The position numbers were made by a program, and so were the translations under genes. A DNA stretch of 48,086 nucleotides, from NCBI GenBank assembly GCA_040081325.1, contig JBEBGU010000001.1, forward strand, positions 1-48,086. The letters run 5' to 3'. Source of the DNA: Prosthecobacter sp. GTDB lineage: Bacteria > Verrucomicrobiota > Verrucomicrobiia > Verrucomicrobiales > Verrucomicrobiaceae. The notes under the pieces were generated by a model. It was not told where the DNA came from. It searched no databases and saw only the letters and a list, made by a program, of their open reading frames with translations. Positions 38,133-48,086 of the stretch are shown in pieces. How positions within the stretch are numbered: position 1 is the stretch's first letter; every line of letters starts with the position of its first letter.

Positions 38133-40055
38133 TCAGGCTGTGTGGTTACCCTGCCACCTTTGAAAAGGTTCAAGCGCTGCGTATTCAGCAAGGCCCAGCT
38201 GGTCGTAGTTTCGCGCAGACTGCCGATTTTCTTCCAGCCCTCCGATCTCAAGGGATGAAAGCTTGGAGAAATGCGACAAGGCCAGGAGTTTGCGTTCAAG
38301 CTGAGCGGGACTTAGCGGGACTGCCATGTCTATATCATGGAGTGCGATTCGATTCCCTTTGTTCGTATAAAACCAATAACTACATGGGTTAAGTCTTTCT
38401 TTTTCACTAAGGGACTTCAAAGCACACTTCAAAATAGATGAGCAAATTCCAGCAACGCTGCCGAGGTCTGCCCCTTTTCCAGTAAAGAAAATTTGATGAG
38501 GATTATGTTCGCGCAGCAGATTTGCCACGACAGAGACATCTTCATCTGTGGGATCGAAGCGACGATAGCGACCACGTTCGTAGAAGGGCAGACAAAGTAT
38601 TTTGACCCGTTCATGAGCTACTTTACATGCACCAAGTGCGTCCACTAATTCACTACGCAGAACAAGTGACTTCAAATGACGAAGTGCGGAGGTGTCTTCT
38701 CCAAACGGGCCTTTCGCTTCCAGTGCCTTCAGTATATCATTGGCATATTCGCCTTGCATCTCCCAGTTGGCGCTTGGCTCAGCGGAGCCTGCTAGGCCAA
38801 GTAGAATATCACAAAACTTATTTACCTCATTATCAGCGACGCGAAGATTTCCGCTGGTCATCGTTACGATTGTGACGTCATGCCCATGTTCAATAAGACG
38901 CTCGATAGTAGCTCCCATCGCCACGATGGCATCCTGTGGTTCCGGACTGAATACCAGGACTTGCTTTGGATATGGCTTGGCTCGCTCAGGGCGATCTGTG
39001 TCATCGACATTGGGTTTGCCTCCAGGCCATCCGGTGATGGTATGCTGCATTTCGTTAAAGATCCGAATGTTCAACTGATAGGCTGGTCCCTTATCGCTTA
39101 GCAAATCACTGAGACCGTGCTCATTGTAATGCTCGTCAGTGAGCATAAGCACTGGACAATTGAGACTCGAGGAGAGCCAGCAAACGGCACGCCTCACTTC
39201 GTTTGGCGTCCAGTCCACCGGACCTACCAGCCACGGCAGTTTGATTCGCGTTAGCTCACAAGACGCACTCGCATCAATAAAGAAACGAGCATCCTGATGC
39301 TCCTGGAGAAACGATGCCGAGATGGCATCCGTGACTTGCCCTTCCACGGCCTTCTGCACGATTTCTGCCTTATTATCACCCCACGCCATGAGCACGATCT
39401 TGCGGGCATTAAGGATGGTGCCGACGCCCATCGTAATGGCAAATCGAGGCACGTTCTCCTCTCCACGAAAATCAGCTGCCGCGTCCTGGCGTGTCACCCG
39501 ATCCAAGGTGATTCGTCGCGTGCGGCAGTCACGGCTTGAGCCGGGTTCATTGAAGCCTATGTGCCCAGTGCGCCCGATGCCGAGAATTTGAATGTCGATG
39601 CCACCAGCGGCTTGGATCATCTCCTCATAGTTACGGCAGTGCGCAAAGATAAGGTCGCCAGGAACCGCGCCGCTGGGAATATGGATATTTTGTTTTGGCA
39701 AATCAATGTGGTCAAACAACTGATCACTCATAAAGCGTGCATAGCTCTCTGGGTGATCGACTGCCAGTCCGCAGTATTCGTCGAGATTGAAGGAGACGAC
39801 ATTGGCAAAGCTCAATCCTTCTTCCCGATGAAGACGGATGAGTTCGCGGTAGAATGGCAATGGAGTTGAGCCCGTAGCGAGGCCTAGCACTGCGTTTCTT
39901 CCCTCTTTCGCGCGACTTGTGATTAACTCCCTGACCTCGGCCGCGAGGGCGCGAGCCGCAGATAACGAATCGATAAATAGATGAGTGGGAACTTTTTCAT
40001 AGGCTGCGGTAAGAGGATCAGGTTCGTTGCCTGTTGAAGAGGTGTAAGGAGTCAT
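38133..40055 (-). CDS. nagB: Glucosamine-6-phosphate deaminase fused to a PIG-L-like domain
   Basis: VLGLATGSTP, FNLDEY, GGIDIQILGIGRTGHIGFNEPGS, TITGWPGGKP linker, then a PIG-L-like domain. Confidence 0.93.
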   Translation of the reverse strand: MTPYTSSTGNEPDPLTAAYEKVPTHLFIDSLSAARALAAEVRELITSRAKEGRNAVLGLATGSTPLPFYRELIRLHREEGLSFANVVSFNLDEYCGLAVDHPESYARFMSDQLFDHIDLPKQNIHIPSGAVPGDLIFAHCRNYEEMIQAAGGIDIQILGIGRTGHIGFNEPGSSRDCRTRRITLDRVTRQDAAADFRGEENVPRFAITMGVGTILNARKIVLMAWGDNKAEIVQKAVEGQVTDAISASFLQEHQDARFFIDASASCELTRIKLPWLVGPVDWTPNEVRRAVCWLSSSLNCPVLMLTDEHYNEHGLSDLLSDKGPAYQLNIRIFNEMQHTITGWPGGKPNVDDTDRPERAKPYPKQVLVFSPEPQDAIVAMGATIERLIEHGHDVTIVTMTSGNLRVADNEVNKFCDILLGLAGSAEPSANWEMQGEYANDILKALEAKGPFGEDTSALRHLKSLVLRSELVDALGACKVAHERVKILCLPFYERGRYRRFDPTDEDVSVVANLLREHNPHQIFFTGKGADLGSVAGICSSILKCALKSLSEKERLNPCSYWFYTNKGNRIALHDIDMAVPLSPAQLERKLLALSHFSKLSSLEIGGLEENRQSARNYDQLGLAEYAALEPFQRWQGNHTA

Positions 40056-40064
40056 GAAATGGAA

Positions 40065-41279
40065 TTAGATGGATGTGTAATTTGGTTTTGAGGGGAGACG
40101 TTCGTCTCTAAAGAAGATCGCAAATATGATGGCCAACGTAGCTCCAATGGCAGCGGGAATCAGCCAGATGGGCTGCCATGCGTGAACGCCTTCTTGGGTG
40201 TAGTGCTGGGCAATCCTGCCAGAGAGCCAGGAACCGATAAACATGCCTGCGCCCAGCGTGATTGTGGAATGCAGCCCTTGCGCTGCGCCTCGAATGTCTT
40301 CACCCGCGTGTTTGTCCACATACATGCGCCCCATCACAAAAATAAAGTCATAGCACATGCCGTGCAGCAGGATTCCAGCGAAGAGCATCCACAAAGCAGA
40401 CGGATTCTGATGAAAGCATGCGAATAGCACAAATCTGACTGTCCATGCGACAATCCCGAGTAACAGAATTCTTTTCGCTCCGATACGCCTCAACAACATA
40501 GGCAAGAGCAGCAGAAATAGGATTTCCGAACCCTGACCTAACGTCATTTTGGCTGCGGTGTTTGAGATATGCATCTCACTCATGAACACGTTCAGCCAAC
40601 TAAAGTAGAAGCTCAACGGCACACAGATTAAAAATGAGCAAACCATGAACGCTGCAAAGGAGCGGTCACGCATTAGCTTGAGCGCATCAAAACCAAGTAG
40701 CCCGCCAATAGATGGTGACGCGCCGGCACCTTTCGGTGGTGTATGTGGCAGCGTGAAAGAGTAAAGTCCCATCAGCAGGGCAGCACCCGCAGAGAGTCGG
40801 AACATCCCGGCAGAGCCTTCTAGCTTCAAGCAGCTTATTGTCACGCCAGCCACGATCCAGCCGACACTGGCCATGACCATGACTAGAGGGAAATCCTTCG
40901 CAGGATTCTTTGAGTGATGAAGAGCGAGAGCATTGGTAAGCCCATGCCCTGCCATGTAAGTAACGGTGTAGGCCAGCAGGGCAGGGTAAAAGGAATTAAA
41001 CTCGGAAAGAGTTGATACCAGGTATAGTAGGCAGGCACCCAGTAGGTGTAAGACAGCCAAGATTCGTTGGGTGGCAAAATAGCGGTCCGCGATGATGCCG
41101 ACGATAAATGGAGACACCAGTGCACCAACAGCCGTGCTGCCATAGACTAAGCCTACTTGCACGCCCGTGAATCCCAACTGCACTGTGGTATAGGTGCCCA
41201 TCGTCACATACCACGCCCCCCAAACGAAGTAGTGCAGAAACACCATGATCCACAAACGGATGAGAACAGAGCGGTTCAT
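40065..41279 (-). CDS. MFS permease (NupG/XapB/YegT nucleoside:H+ symporter-like)
   Basis: MVFLHYFVWGAWYVTMG, GIIADRYF, MTLGQGSE, GILLHGMCYDF; likely start MNRSV at 41279. Confidence 0.88.
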   Translation of the reverse strand: MNRSVLIRLWIMVFLHYFVWGAWYVTMGTYTTVQLGFTGVQVGLVYGSTAVGALVSPFIVGIIADRYFATQRILAVLHLLGACLLYLVSTLSEFNSFYPALLAYTVTYMAGHGLTNALALHHSKNPAKDFPLVMVMASVGWIVAGVTISCLKLEGSAGMFRLSAGAALLMGLYSFTLPHTPPKGAGASPSIGGLLGFDALKLMRDRSFAAFMVCSFLICVPLSFYFSWLNVFMSEMHISNTAAKMTLGQGSEILFLLLLPMLLRRIGAKRILLLGIVAWTVRFVLFACFHQNPSALWMLFAGILLHGMCYDFIFVMGRMYVDKHAGEDIRGAAQGLHSTITLGAGMFIGSWLSGRIAQHYTQEGVHAWQPIWLIPAAIGATLAIIFAIFFRDERLPSKPNYTSI

Positions 41280-41310
41280 AGGAAGAAATAGTGGGCTGCT
41301 CGGGCAATCA

Positions 41311-42339
41311 TCAAAGCTGGACGAGTTTGCCGCCATGTTGGGCGCTCTCATCCGCAGCGAAGATAACGGCAAAGGTCTGTGCGGAGATTTTTAAGCTCGT
41401 GAGCGGCATGTCCTTGCCTTCATCCAGTGCATCGAAGAAAGCTTGAAATTGGCTCTGATACGGGTGATCGGAGACATCGCCACTATCGAGCATCTTCATC
41501 GAGAGATTGCTCCAGCTACCTTTATCGGTGCTCAGTTTGCTAGAATGAAATTTGTTGTCGAGTAGGCTTCCGTGGCTGCCGATCAAGTGGGTGTGAAAAT
41601 AGTAGGGCTGTAGGCAATCCACGATGGCGGCACACTTACCGATGCTGCCGTTTTTAAACCGAATGAGCGTCACGCTAGAGGTGTCGTATTCATAGGCAGT
41701 GAAGATCTCACTACTTGAGCGGCTACTCATGCTACTGACGTTCTCCACGCCGAAATCCATCATCATCAATAGGGCATCTAGCGCGTGGCAGCCTGCGGTG
41801 AGCAGGGAGCTACCACCCTCTTTCTTGCCGGTGTTCCAGCGGAACTGCCCATACCACGGGCCGATGCCGTGGTAGTAATCCACTTCAGCGTAGTGCAGGT
41901 CGCCGAGCAGCCCTTGGTCGATGACGGCTTTTGTTACAGTGAATTGATTGGAGAATCGGCACTCAAAGCAGACGCAGCCATGCACTTGATTAGCCGTTGC
42001 AGCGGCGACGATGTCATTCACTTCCTCTGGCGTGTTGGCCATGGGCTTCTCCAGAATGAGGTGCTTACCAGCTTTTGCGGCTGCTACGGCCTGATCCCTG
42101 TGCTGGCTGGGATAACTTGTGATGTCCACGATGTGGATATCGGGACTGGCCAGCATCTCGTCCAGGTTCTGATAGCTTCGCATTGGGTGGCCATGCTTCG
42201 CGCTGAGTTCGGCATCATTCAGCGGGCGGGATGAATAGACGGCTGTGACTTGGGCTTGCTTGGTCGCATTGATGGCGGCGATGTGTGCTAGGGCAGCCCA
42301 GCCATAGCCGATCATGCCGACGTTGTATTTTTTGCTCAT
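41311..42339 (-). CDS. Gfo/Idh/MocA-family oxidoreductase
   Basis: VGMIGYGWAA, GKHLILEKP, GGSSLLTAGCHALD. Confidence 0.93.
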   Translation of the reverse strand: MSKKYNVGMIGYGWAALAHIAAINATKQAQVTAVYSSRPLNDAELSAKHGHPMRSYQNLDEMLASPDIHIVDITSYPSQHRDQAVAAAKAGKHLILEKPMANTPEEVNDIVAAATANQVHGCVCFECRFSNQFTVTKAVIDQGLLGDLHYAEVDYYHGIGPWYGQFRWNTGKKEGGSSLLTAGCHALDALLMMMDFGVENVSSMSSRSSSEIFTAYEYDTSSVTLIRFKNGSIGKCAAIVDCLQPYYFHTHLIGSHGSLLDNKFHSSKLSTDKGSWSNLSMKMLDSGDVSDHPYQSQFQAFFDALDEGKDMPLTSLKISAQTFAVIFAADESAQHGGKLVQL

Positions 42340-43223
42340 ACGTGTGTGGTTCGCTGGATGCCGAGCTTGCGGCTTAAGTTTTGTCGCACGTCGTGTTCAA
42401 AGCGTTGGATGGCGCTGAGCACATAGTCGATGATGTCGGTTGTGGGATCGGTGATCAGCGGAGTGAGGTCCATGGCGTAGGCGATGGTGCTGCTCTCGTC
42501 CGTGCTGTGCGCATCGAGAAACGTGGCATTGGCGCGGTGGCGTCCGGTCACGGCTAGGTCGTAGCGTTTGCCTCCAGCGATTTGAGAGTCGAAAAGGCTA
42601 CTGAGAGCGGCGGCGAGGCTTTCGTGACCACTGAGATTGAGGAGCACTTTCTCGTCGTCTAGCATCCAGTCCAGATTCCGCCATACCTCGCATCCATAGA
42701 CGGCCTGCGGGCGCTGTTCTGGCGGGAGTTCCCGCAGGGCGTCAAGCGTGGCAACAACGACGCCAATGTGCGTATCATGTTTGTCGGCTGGATTGTGCGT
42801 ATATACCACTTGGGGCTGTGTGGCCCTGAGAATGCTCAGGAGATCAGTTTGCAATGAGTGAACATGCGGGGACTTAACCACGCTGCTGGGGTAGCCGAGT
42901 TGAATCATAGCTCCATAGCCTCCGACGATGGCGGCGTTGTTTTGCTCCTCAATGCGCACACGCTGCATATCCTCGTCTGAGTAGTGCTCATAGCGCCCGC
43001 TGCGTGCGCTGCCAGCACCATCGGTGCAGGTCACGCCGCCAAACCATTGGTCAGGTTTTCGGTAGCAGTTTAAGATGCCGTGAAAGGCCATGAACTCCAG
43101 GTCATCCTGGTGTGCGCCGATGCCGAGATGGGTGATGCGCGAGAAGGCCGCTGCTTCCGTCTGCGGCACACGATCTGGGATAAAAACCTGCGCTTGGGGC
43201 TGATGGAGAGTGAGCCTGCTCAT
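42336..43223 (-). CDS. PIG-L family de-N-acetylase
   Basis: GIGAHQDDLE, TDGAGS, RIEEQ, VYTHNPADKHDTH metal-binding motifs. Confidence 0.9.
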   Translation of the reverse strand: MSRLTLHQPQAQVFIPDRVPQTEAAAFSRITHLGIGAHQDDLEFMAFHGILNCYRKPDQWFGGVTCTDGAGSARSGRYEHYSDEDMQRVRIEEQNNAAIVGGYGAMIQLGYPSSVVKSPHVHSLQTDLLSILRATQPQVVYTHNPADKHDTHIGVVVATLDALRELPPEQRPQAVYGCEVWRNLDWMLDDEKVLLNLSGHESLAAALSSLFDSQIAGGKRYDLAVTGRHRANATFLDAHSTDESSTIAYAMDLTPLITDPTTDIIDYVLSAIQRFEHDVRQNLSRKLGIQRTTHV

Positions 43224-43283
43224 GCGTGGAGACCTGAGGGCGGTGTGGTGTTGGGAGAGGTGGGACGATTCATGGTGTTTTGC

Positions 43284-45518
43284 TCAGGGGGCGATCTCAA
43301 TCAATGCGGCGCCCCAGGGAGCAAGGTTTGCCGTGAGTGTGACGGTGTTGTCGATCACGGCGATTCGTTGGCTCTGGGTAGGCTTTTCGAGTGTCACGGC
43401 TCCTTCGGTTTGTGGGTTTTCCCAGATCGAGACTTTTACGGTTCCGTTTTTCGCCACGGTGGCGACCTCCGACAGATAGGACACTTTGATGCTGGCTGTC
43501 AGCGATGATTGGACGCCATCCCGCAGACCTACCATGAGGCGCAGCTTGCTATGCGCTAAGTCGGCAAAACCAAGCGCCACCAGGTGCTCGCTGCCACTGG
43601 GGCCTTCGATGCAGGCGATACGCCTGCCTTTGCTTTGAGAATAAAAACGATGCGTCCACCAGACGCCTCGGCGGCCAGTCCAGTCTTTGTTCAGGAGTCC
43701 GCACAGGGTCGGGATGCGGTTGAGGTCTTGGTCATAGACTTTGACGGAGCCCCAGCAGGCGCGGATTTGATCGACGTTGTGGATCTCGGCGGTGGCAAAG
43801 ACATCAATGGCGACTGCGGGGCTGGTGTTGCGCTCGTCACCGGGTCTGACGGTTTCGCCGCAGGTCATGCCGTCTAGTGGGGTGTGATGATCGCGGTAAA
43901 AGGCACGGATTTCGTCGGCGAGTATGCCGTGTGCTTTGGCGATATCGTAGCCGTCTTGGCAGTGCCAGTTCACATAGTTGGGCAGTGTGCCTGCGGCGTG
44001 GGCGCGGGTGAGCAGGTCAAAGAGTTTCTCATGGCAGCCTTGGTTGTAGGCACTCACAAATGTTAAAGAAGGGCCATGAATTTTCGCCTTGGGGTCCACG
44101 CTGCGTATGCCCCGCACGGTGGGGTTCCACACTTCGTTCATGAACTGCTCCATGTCGGCAAAGCGCCCGCCCTCAGCGATTACGGGTTCGTTGATCACGT
44201 CCCATTCGAACTGATAGCCGCCTGTTTTAGCATCACGGGCGAGGGCTGCGGACGCGGCCTCTAGCCCCTCATTCGCGACCATCGATTTATAGGGTTCGTT
44301 GCGGATGAGTTCTTGGACGACCATGAGCTGTCTAGGCACAAGGATGGTGTCTCGGAGATACTTGAACCCTTCGATCCCAAGTAAGCCGGGCTCAGGTTTG
44401 GCTGTGCTGCGGTGGCTGGTGAATCCCCGCCAGAGGGTGGGCTTGAGGTCTGTCACCCACTCATGCGGCAGCACATTGGGAAAGATGCCGTGGAGGAAGC
44501 CGACATTGCCACGGCGGGGCTCTTTGAGCTGCGATGCGTCAAAGGTGACGGTGTCGGTGCTGGTGGTTGGCTCGTTAGAGGCAGTGGGCTTTGTCGCCGG
44601 GGATGGCTTCTTTGCGAAATTCTTGGAGAGGTCATCCACGAGGTCTTTTGTGACGCTGGGGAAGGTTTCCAAGGTGGCAGCGGTGCAGCGTAGTTTCAGA
44701 TGGTATTCAAATTTGTCACCCGGCGTGGTGCTCGGTGTGACTTGGCTGTAGAATTTGTTGTCCATAGGTCTTGCGACGAGGAAGTGGCCTTTCTTTTGTC
44801 GCGAGGCGATAGGCTCACTGAATACGAGCACGGCTGCGAGGCCTTCGGTGGGCGCGAACATGGAGATGCTGGCGACCTTGTCCTGCCCTGGCAAATACTC
44901 GACATCCGTTACGTCCGGCATGACGCCGGTGAGGGATTCACCCTGCGATAAGTCCATGCGATAGTGGCTCATCGCTTTGGCAAAAATGTGCATGAAGGCA
45001 TAGAGGTAGTTCACGCTTTGTGTGTCGCCTTTGATCTCGAAAAAGTAGTTCTGCGTGAAGGTCGTGGGGGATAGCTCCAGCACGGAACGGTGCTCATACG
45101 GGCCTATCCTGGAGCGCTTTGTCAGCACTAGCGCTGCGCCATCGGCTGCGCGGTATTCGGACTGATCCGGCTTGAGGGGCACGGGCGCACCGTTGCTGGT
45201 GAGTTCCAGCGTAGATACCAGCTCGCCGCCGTGGCCAGTGCCAATGAAGTCGGTTTTGCCCTCGCTGACTTTCACATTCAGCACGGGCTGCATCCAGCCT
45301 GTGGGCACGAGAATGGTCTTACCCTGATAGCTCAGTGTGCGGAATGTCCAGCCAGTTTTGCGCGCAACGGTGAGGGCGTATTCTCCAGCGAAGAGGGTGA
45401 TATTGTCCGGCGCAGGTATTTTGTCTTCGGCAGCGGTAGCAGGTTTATCCGTGACGAGTGCCCATGCGGACAATGGCATGAGACAAAGCGTAGTGATGAG
45501 GGCGAGGAATGGCTTCAT
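43284..45518 (-). CDS. Secreted two-domain protein with a putative clan GH-A (GH39-like) domain
   Basis: Signal peptide; beta-rich N-domain; Pro/Thr linker; WDVINEP, IRSVDPKAKIHGPS, YVNWH motifs. Confidence 0.65.
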   Translation of the reverse strand: MKPFLALITTLCLMPLSAWALVTDKPATAAEDKIPAPDNITLFAGEYALTVARKTGWTFRTLSYQGKTILVPTGWMQPVLNVKVSEGKTDFIGTGHGGELVSTLELTSNGAPVPLKPDQSEYRAADGAALVLTKRSRIGPYEHRSVLELSPTTFTQNYFFEIKGDTQSVNYLYAFMHIFAKAMSHYRMDLSQGESLTGVMPDVTDVEYLPGQDKVASISMFAPTEGLAAVLVFSEPIASRQKKGHFLVARPMDNKFYSQVTPSTTPGDKFEYHLKLRCTAATLETFPSVTKDLVDDLSKNFAKKPSPATKPTASNEPTTSTDTVTFDASQLKEPRRGNVGFLHGIFPNVLPHEWVTDLKPTLWRGFTSHRSTAKPEPGLLGIEGFKYLRDTILVPRQLMVVQELIRNEPYKSMVANEGLEAASAALARDAKTGGYQFEWDVINEPVIAEGGRFADMEQFMNEVWNPTVRGIRSVDPKAKIHGPSLTFVSAYNQGCHEKLFDLLTRAHAAGTLPNYVNWHCQDGYDIAKAHGILADEIRAFYRDHHTPLDGMTCGETVRPGDERNTSPAVAIDVFATAEIHNVDQIRACWGSVKVYDQDLNRIPTLCGLLNKDWTGRRGVWWTHRFYSQSKGRRIACIEGPSGSEHLVALGFADLAHSKLRLMVGLRDGVQSSLTASIKVSYLSEVATVAKNGTVKVSIWENPQTEGAVTLEKPTQSQRIAVIDNTVTLTANLAPWGAALIEIAP

Positions 45519-45530
45519 TGCGTGGGTCCT

Positions 45531-47021
45531 TTACGCGAGCAGTGCCTTGAGCACTTTGCCTTCCTCCGTTGGACCGATGAGGCGGTTGTCGAGTCCTTGG
45601 TAGGGGAAGTGAAAGCGATGCGGATCGAGTCCGAGCTGGTGCAGGATGGTGGCTTGAAGGTCACGGACGCTGACGGCATCCTCTACCGGGTAGTAGCCGA
45701 ACTCGTCGGTCTGGCCGTGGGAGAGGCCGGGCTTGATGCCGCCGCCTGCCATCCACATGGTGTAGCCAAAGGGATGGTGATCGCGCCCGACGAAGCCTTT
45801 TTTGATCTCGCTGCGCACGTTGTTTTGCATCATCGGTGTGCGGCCAAACTCGCCGCCCCACACGATTAGCGTGTCGTCTAGCAGGCCACGTTGTTCGAGG
45901 TCGATGATGAGGCCGCTGATGGCGCGGTCAATCTGCTGACACTTGATGGGTAACGTCTCGTCGATGCTTTCACCGAGCGATGATCCGTGGTGATCCCAGC
46001 CCCAATCGTAGAGCTGGACGAAGCGCACACCATTCTCGATCAAGCGGCGTGCGAGCACGCAGTTGTTAGCAAAGGTGGGATCATCACCTTTGTAGAGTGT
46101 GCGAGGATCAGCGGAGGAGGTCTCCGCATCGGAGACATTGCCGGGCTTTGCACCGTAGAGCTTGAGGATGTGCTCGGGTTCTTTGGAGATGTCCATCACC
46201 TCGGGCACGGAAGTTTGCATGCGATAGGCAAGTTCGTATTGAGCGATGCGGGTGAGCGTCTCCGCATCACCACCGCGGCGGTGCTCGGCCTCATTCATCT
46301 GCGCGATGGCATCCAACATGCGGCGGCGCATGGGGCGGTCCATGCCTTTGGGGTCGCTGAGATACAATACGGGGTCGCCACTGGTGCGACACTGGACGCC
46401 CTGATACACGCTGGGCAAAAAGCCGGAGCCCCACAGCGACTTGCCACCATCTGGCGTCTTGCCACCGCTGAGCAGCACCACAAAACCGGGAAGGTCGGTG
46501 TTTTCACTTCCGAGGCCATACGTCACCCAGGAGCCGATGGAGGGATTCCCGAGACGCGGCGATCCCGTCTGCACAAAGAGCTGCGCAGGGGCGTGATTGA
46601 ACTGATCCGTATGCACCGAGCGGATGACGGAAATCTTGTCGATCACCCTCGCCATTTGAGGCAACAGATCGCTCATCCACTGCCCGCTCTGCCCATGCTG
46701 GGCAAAGTTTGCCTGCGCGGCTAGCACCTTTGGCACACCTTTGATGAAGGCGAATCGTTTGCCCTCAAGAAATGACGGTGGCGCGTCTTTGAGATGTAGC
46801 TTTAGCAGTTCCGGCTTGTAGTCGAACATTTCCAACTGCGACGGCGATCCCGCCATGTGCAGGTAGATGACTCGTTTCGCCCGTGCAGGCAAAGTGGCGT
46901 GCTGTCTGGGTGCGGAGGCGGCACTCAGTGAGCGCAGCGCCATCGCACCGAGGCCGATGCCTGCGGTTTGAAAAAAATGACGCCGCGTGATGGCTCTAGC
47001 ATGGATGAGATCGGGTGTCAT
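45531..47021 (-). CDS. DUF1501 domain protein (Tat leader)
   Basis: TRRHFFQ, AKRVIYLHMAGSPSQLEMFDYKP, ARRLIENGVRFVQL, WGGEFGRTP, GRDHHP. Confidence 0.93.
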   Translation of the reverse strand: MTPDLIHARAITRRHFFQTAGIGLGAMALRSLSAASAPRQHATLPARAKRVIYLHMAGSPSQLEMFDYKPELLKLHLKDAPPSFLEGKRFAFIKGVPKVLAAQANFAQHGQSGQWMSDLLPQMARVIDKISVIRSVHTDQFNHAPAQLFVQTGSPRLGNPSIGSWVTYGLGSENTDLPGFVVLLSGGKTPDGGKSLWGSGFLPSVYQGVQCRTSGDPVLYLSDPKGMDRPMRRRMLDAIAQMNEAEHRRGGDAETLTRIAQYELAYRMQTSVPEVMDISKEPEHILKLYGAKPGNVSDAETSSADPRTLYKGDDPTFANNCVLARRLIENGVRFVQLYDWGWDHHGSSLGESIDETLPIKCQQIDRAISGLIIDLEQRGLLDDTLIVWGGEFGRTPMMQNNVRSEIKKGFVGRDHHPFGYTMWMAGGGIKPGLSHGQTDEFGYYPVEDAVSVRDLQATILHQLGLDPHRFHFPYQGLDNRLIGPTEEGKVLKALLA

Positions 47022-47024
47022 GAT

Positions 47025-48086
47025 TCAATGGCGGGTAAGGAGTTCGTCGAGATTCAGAATCGCATTCGCCGTGACGATCCACGCGGCGAAGTCTGCGGCA
47101 GCGGCTCCCGCTGGCAGCCTGCCACGGGTGGATCGGATGAGTTCATCGGCCATTTCGGGCGACTTTGTGAAGTCGGCCAAAGTGGCGGAGTGCAACGCCC
47201 GCAGAGGCTTCGTTTCGGACTCCTGCACTGGGCGACATAGCGCGAACTGAAGTCCTTGGATGGCGCGGCTGGCATCGTCCTTACCCGCCACATAGGCTTT
47301 CGCAGCAAGAGCAGCCGCCGCTTCGAGAAACACCGGGTCATTCAGAGTCACGAGAGCCTGGAGTGGCGTATTCGTGCGGATACGCCTGATTTGGCAAACC
47401 TCACCGCTGCCCCCGTCAAACGTGATAAATGAAGGATAGGGAGTGGTGCGCTTCAGGTAAGTGTAGAGGCTGCGACGGTGCCTGTCCTCACCCTCGGCAT
47501 CCACCCAGGTCTTACCATTGTAAATCGTGCGCCAGAGTCCGGCGGGCTGCGGTGGCATCACGGGCGGGCCACCCATTTTGGCAGAAAGCAGCCCCGAAAT
47601 CGCGAGCGCAGAATCCCGCACTACTTCAGCACTGAGCCGATACCGAGCTCCGCGTGAGGCCAGCGCATTACGCGGATCACTTTCGATCAGTGATGGCGTG
47701 ATTTCAGACGCCTGGCGATAGGTGTCACTCATCACGATGAACTTGATGAGCGTCTTCAGCGACCAGCCTTTATCGCGATACTCGGCAGCGAGCAGATCGA
47801 GCAGCATGGGATTCGCAGGCGGCGTGCCCAGTGCCCCAAAGTCCTCCTCCGTCTCCACGATGCCGAGGCCAAAGATGCGCGCCCAGACACGGTTTGCCCA
47901 CACACGCGGCGTCAGAGGATTGTCCGTATTCACCAGCCACTGAGCAAGGCCGATGCGATTCATCGGCAGGCCCGCAGGCACCTTTCCCACAGCGCTCAGC
48001 ATGGCTGGCGTGACGGGCGTTGATTGATCCAGGAAATTGCCCCGATTATGAATCTTGGTGGTGCGTTGCTTTGCCACCGGAAGCTC
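47025..48086 (-). CDS. DUF1553 (PSD1) domain protein, 5' part outside the window
   Basis: NPLTPRVWANRVWARIFGLGIVETEEDFG, RLSAEVVRDSAL, RRSLY, TNTPLQALVTLND. Confidence 0.92.
   Translation of the reverse strand, partial: ELPVAKQRTTKIHNRGNFLDQSTPVTPAMLSAVGKVPAGLPMNRIGLAQWLVNTDNPLTPRVWANRVWARIFGLGIVETEEDFGALGTPPANPMLLDLLAAEYRDKGWSLKTLIKFIVMSDTYRQASEITPSLIESDPRNALASRGARYRLSAEVVRDSALAISGLLSAKMGGPPVMPPQPAGLWRTIYNGKTWVDAEGEDRHRRSLYTYLKRTTPYPSFITFDGGSGEVCQIRRIRTNTPLQALVTLNDPVFLEAAAALAAKAYVAGKDDASRAIQGLQFALCRPVQESETKPLRALHSATLADFTKSPEMADELIRSTRGRLPAGAAAADFAAWIVTANAILNLDELLTRH

Noticed and set aside
1-48086. tRNA, rRNA or known riboswitch genes
   Set aside because: None recognised by eye in the intergenic regions; a covariance-model search would be needed to exclude them.

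Overview
GC-rich bacterial chromosome segment. Gene content (DUF1552/DUF1592/DUF1501/DUF1553 proteins, PEP-CTERM protein with autotransporter-associated repeats, PAS-AraC regulators) points to Verrucomicrobiota, Prosthecobacter-like (inference). Left to right: a disrupted DUF1592-DUF1552 locus with a two-component system; housekeeping genes (DEAD-box helicase, UbiB, RecQ); an accessory patch downstream of mnmG (HigBA, VapBC-like pair, a 41/42-bp tandem array, a duplicated mnmG 3' end); mnmG with two parS palindromes and an in-frame palindromic insertion; an ArsR-regulated DUF2892/RND operon; an unusual minus-strand cassette; and an amino-sugar utilisation region. The cassette (28497-31694) is the best candidate for an undescribed system: wHTH, ParB-like DGQHR protein, XRE, then a strictly 21-bp-phased mirror-symmetric array of CGGGGTG/CACCCCG boxes, a protein with a WD-repeat N-terminal tag and FN3-like C-terminus, and a phage-fibre-like protein. 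A second gene with a related FD-repeat tag (15688-16470) lies about 1.2 kb from the 41/42-bp array. All family assignments come from motif recognition by eye, not database searches.
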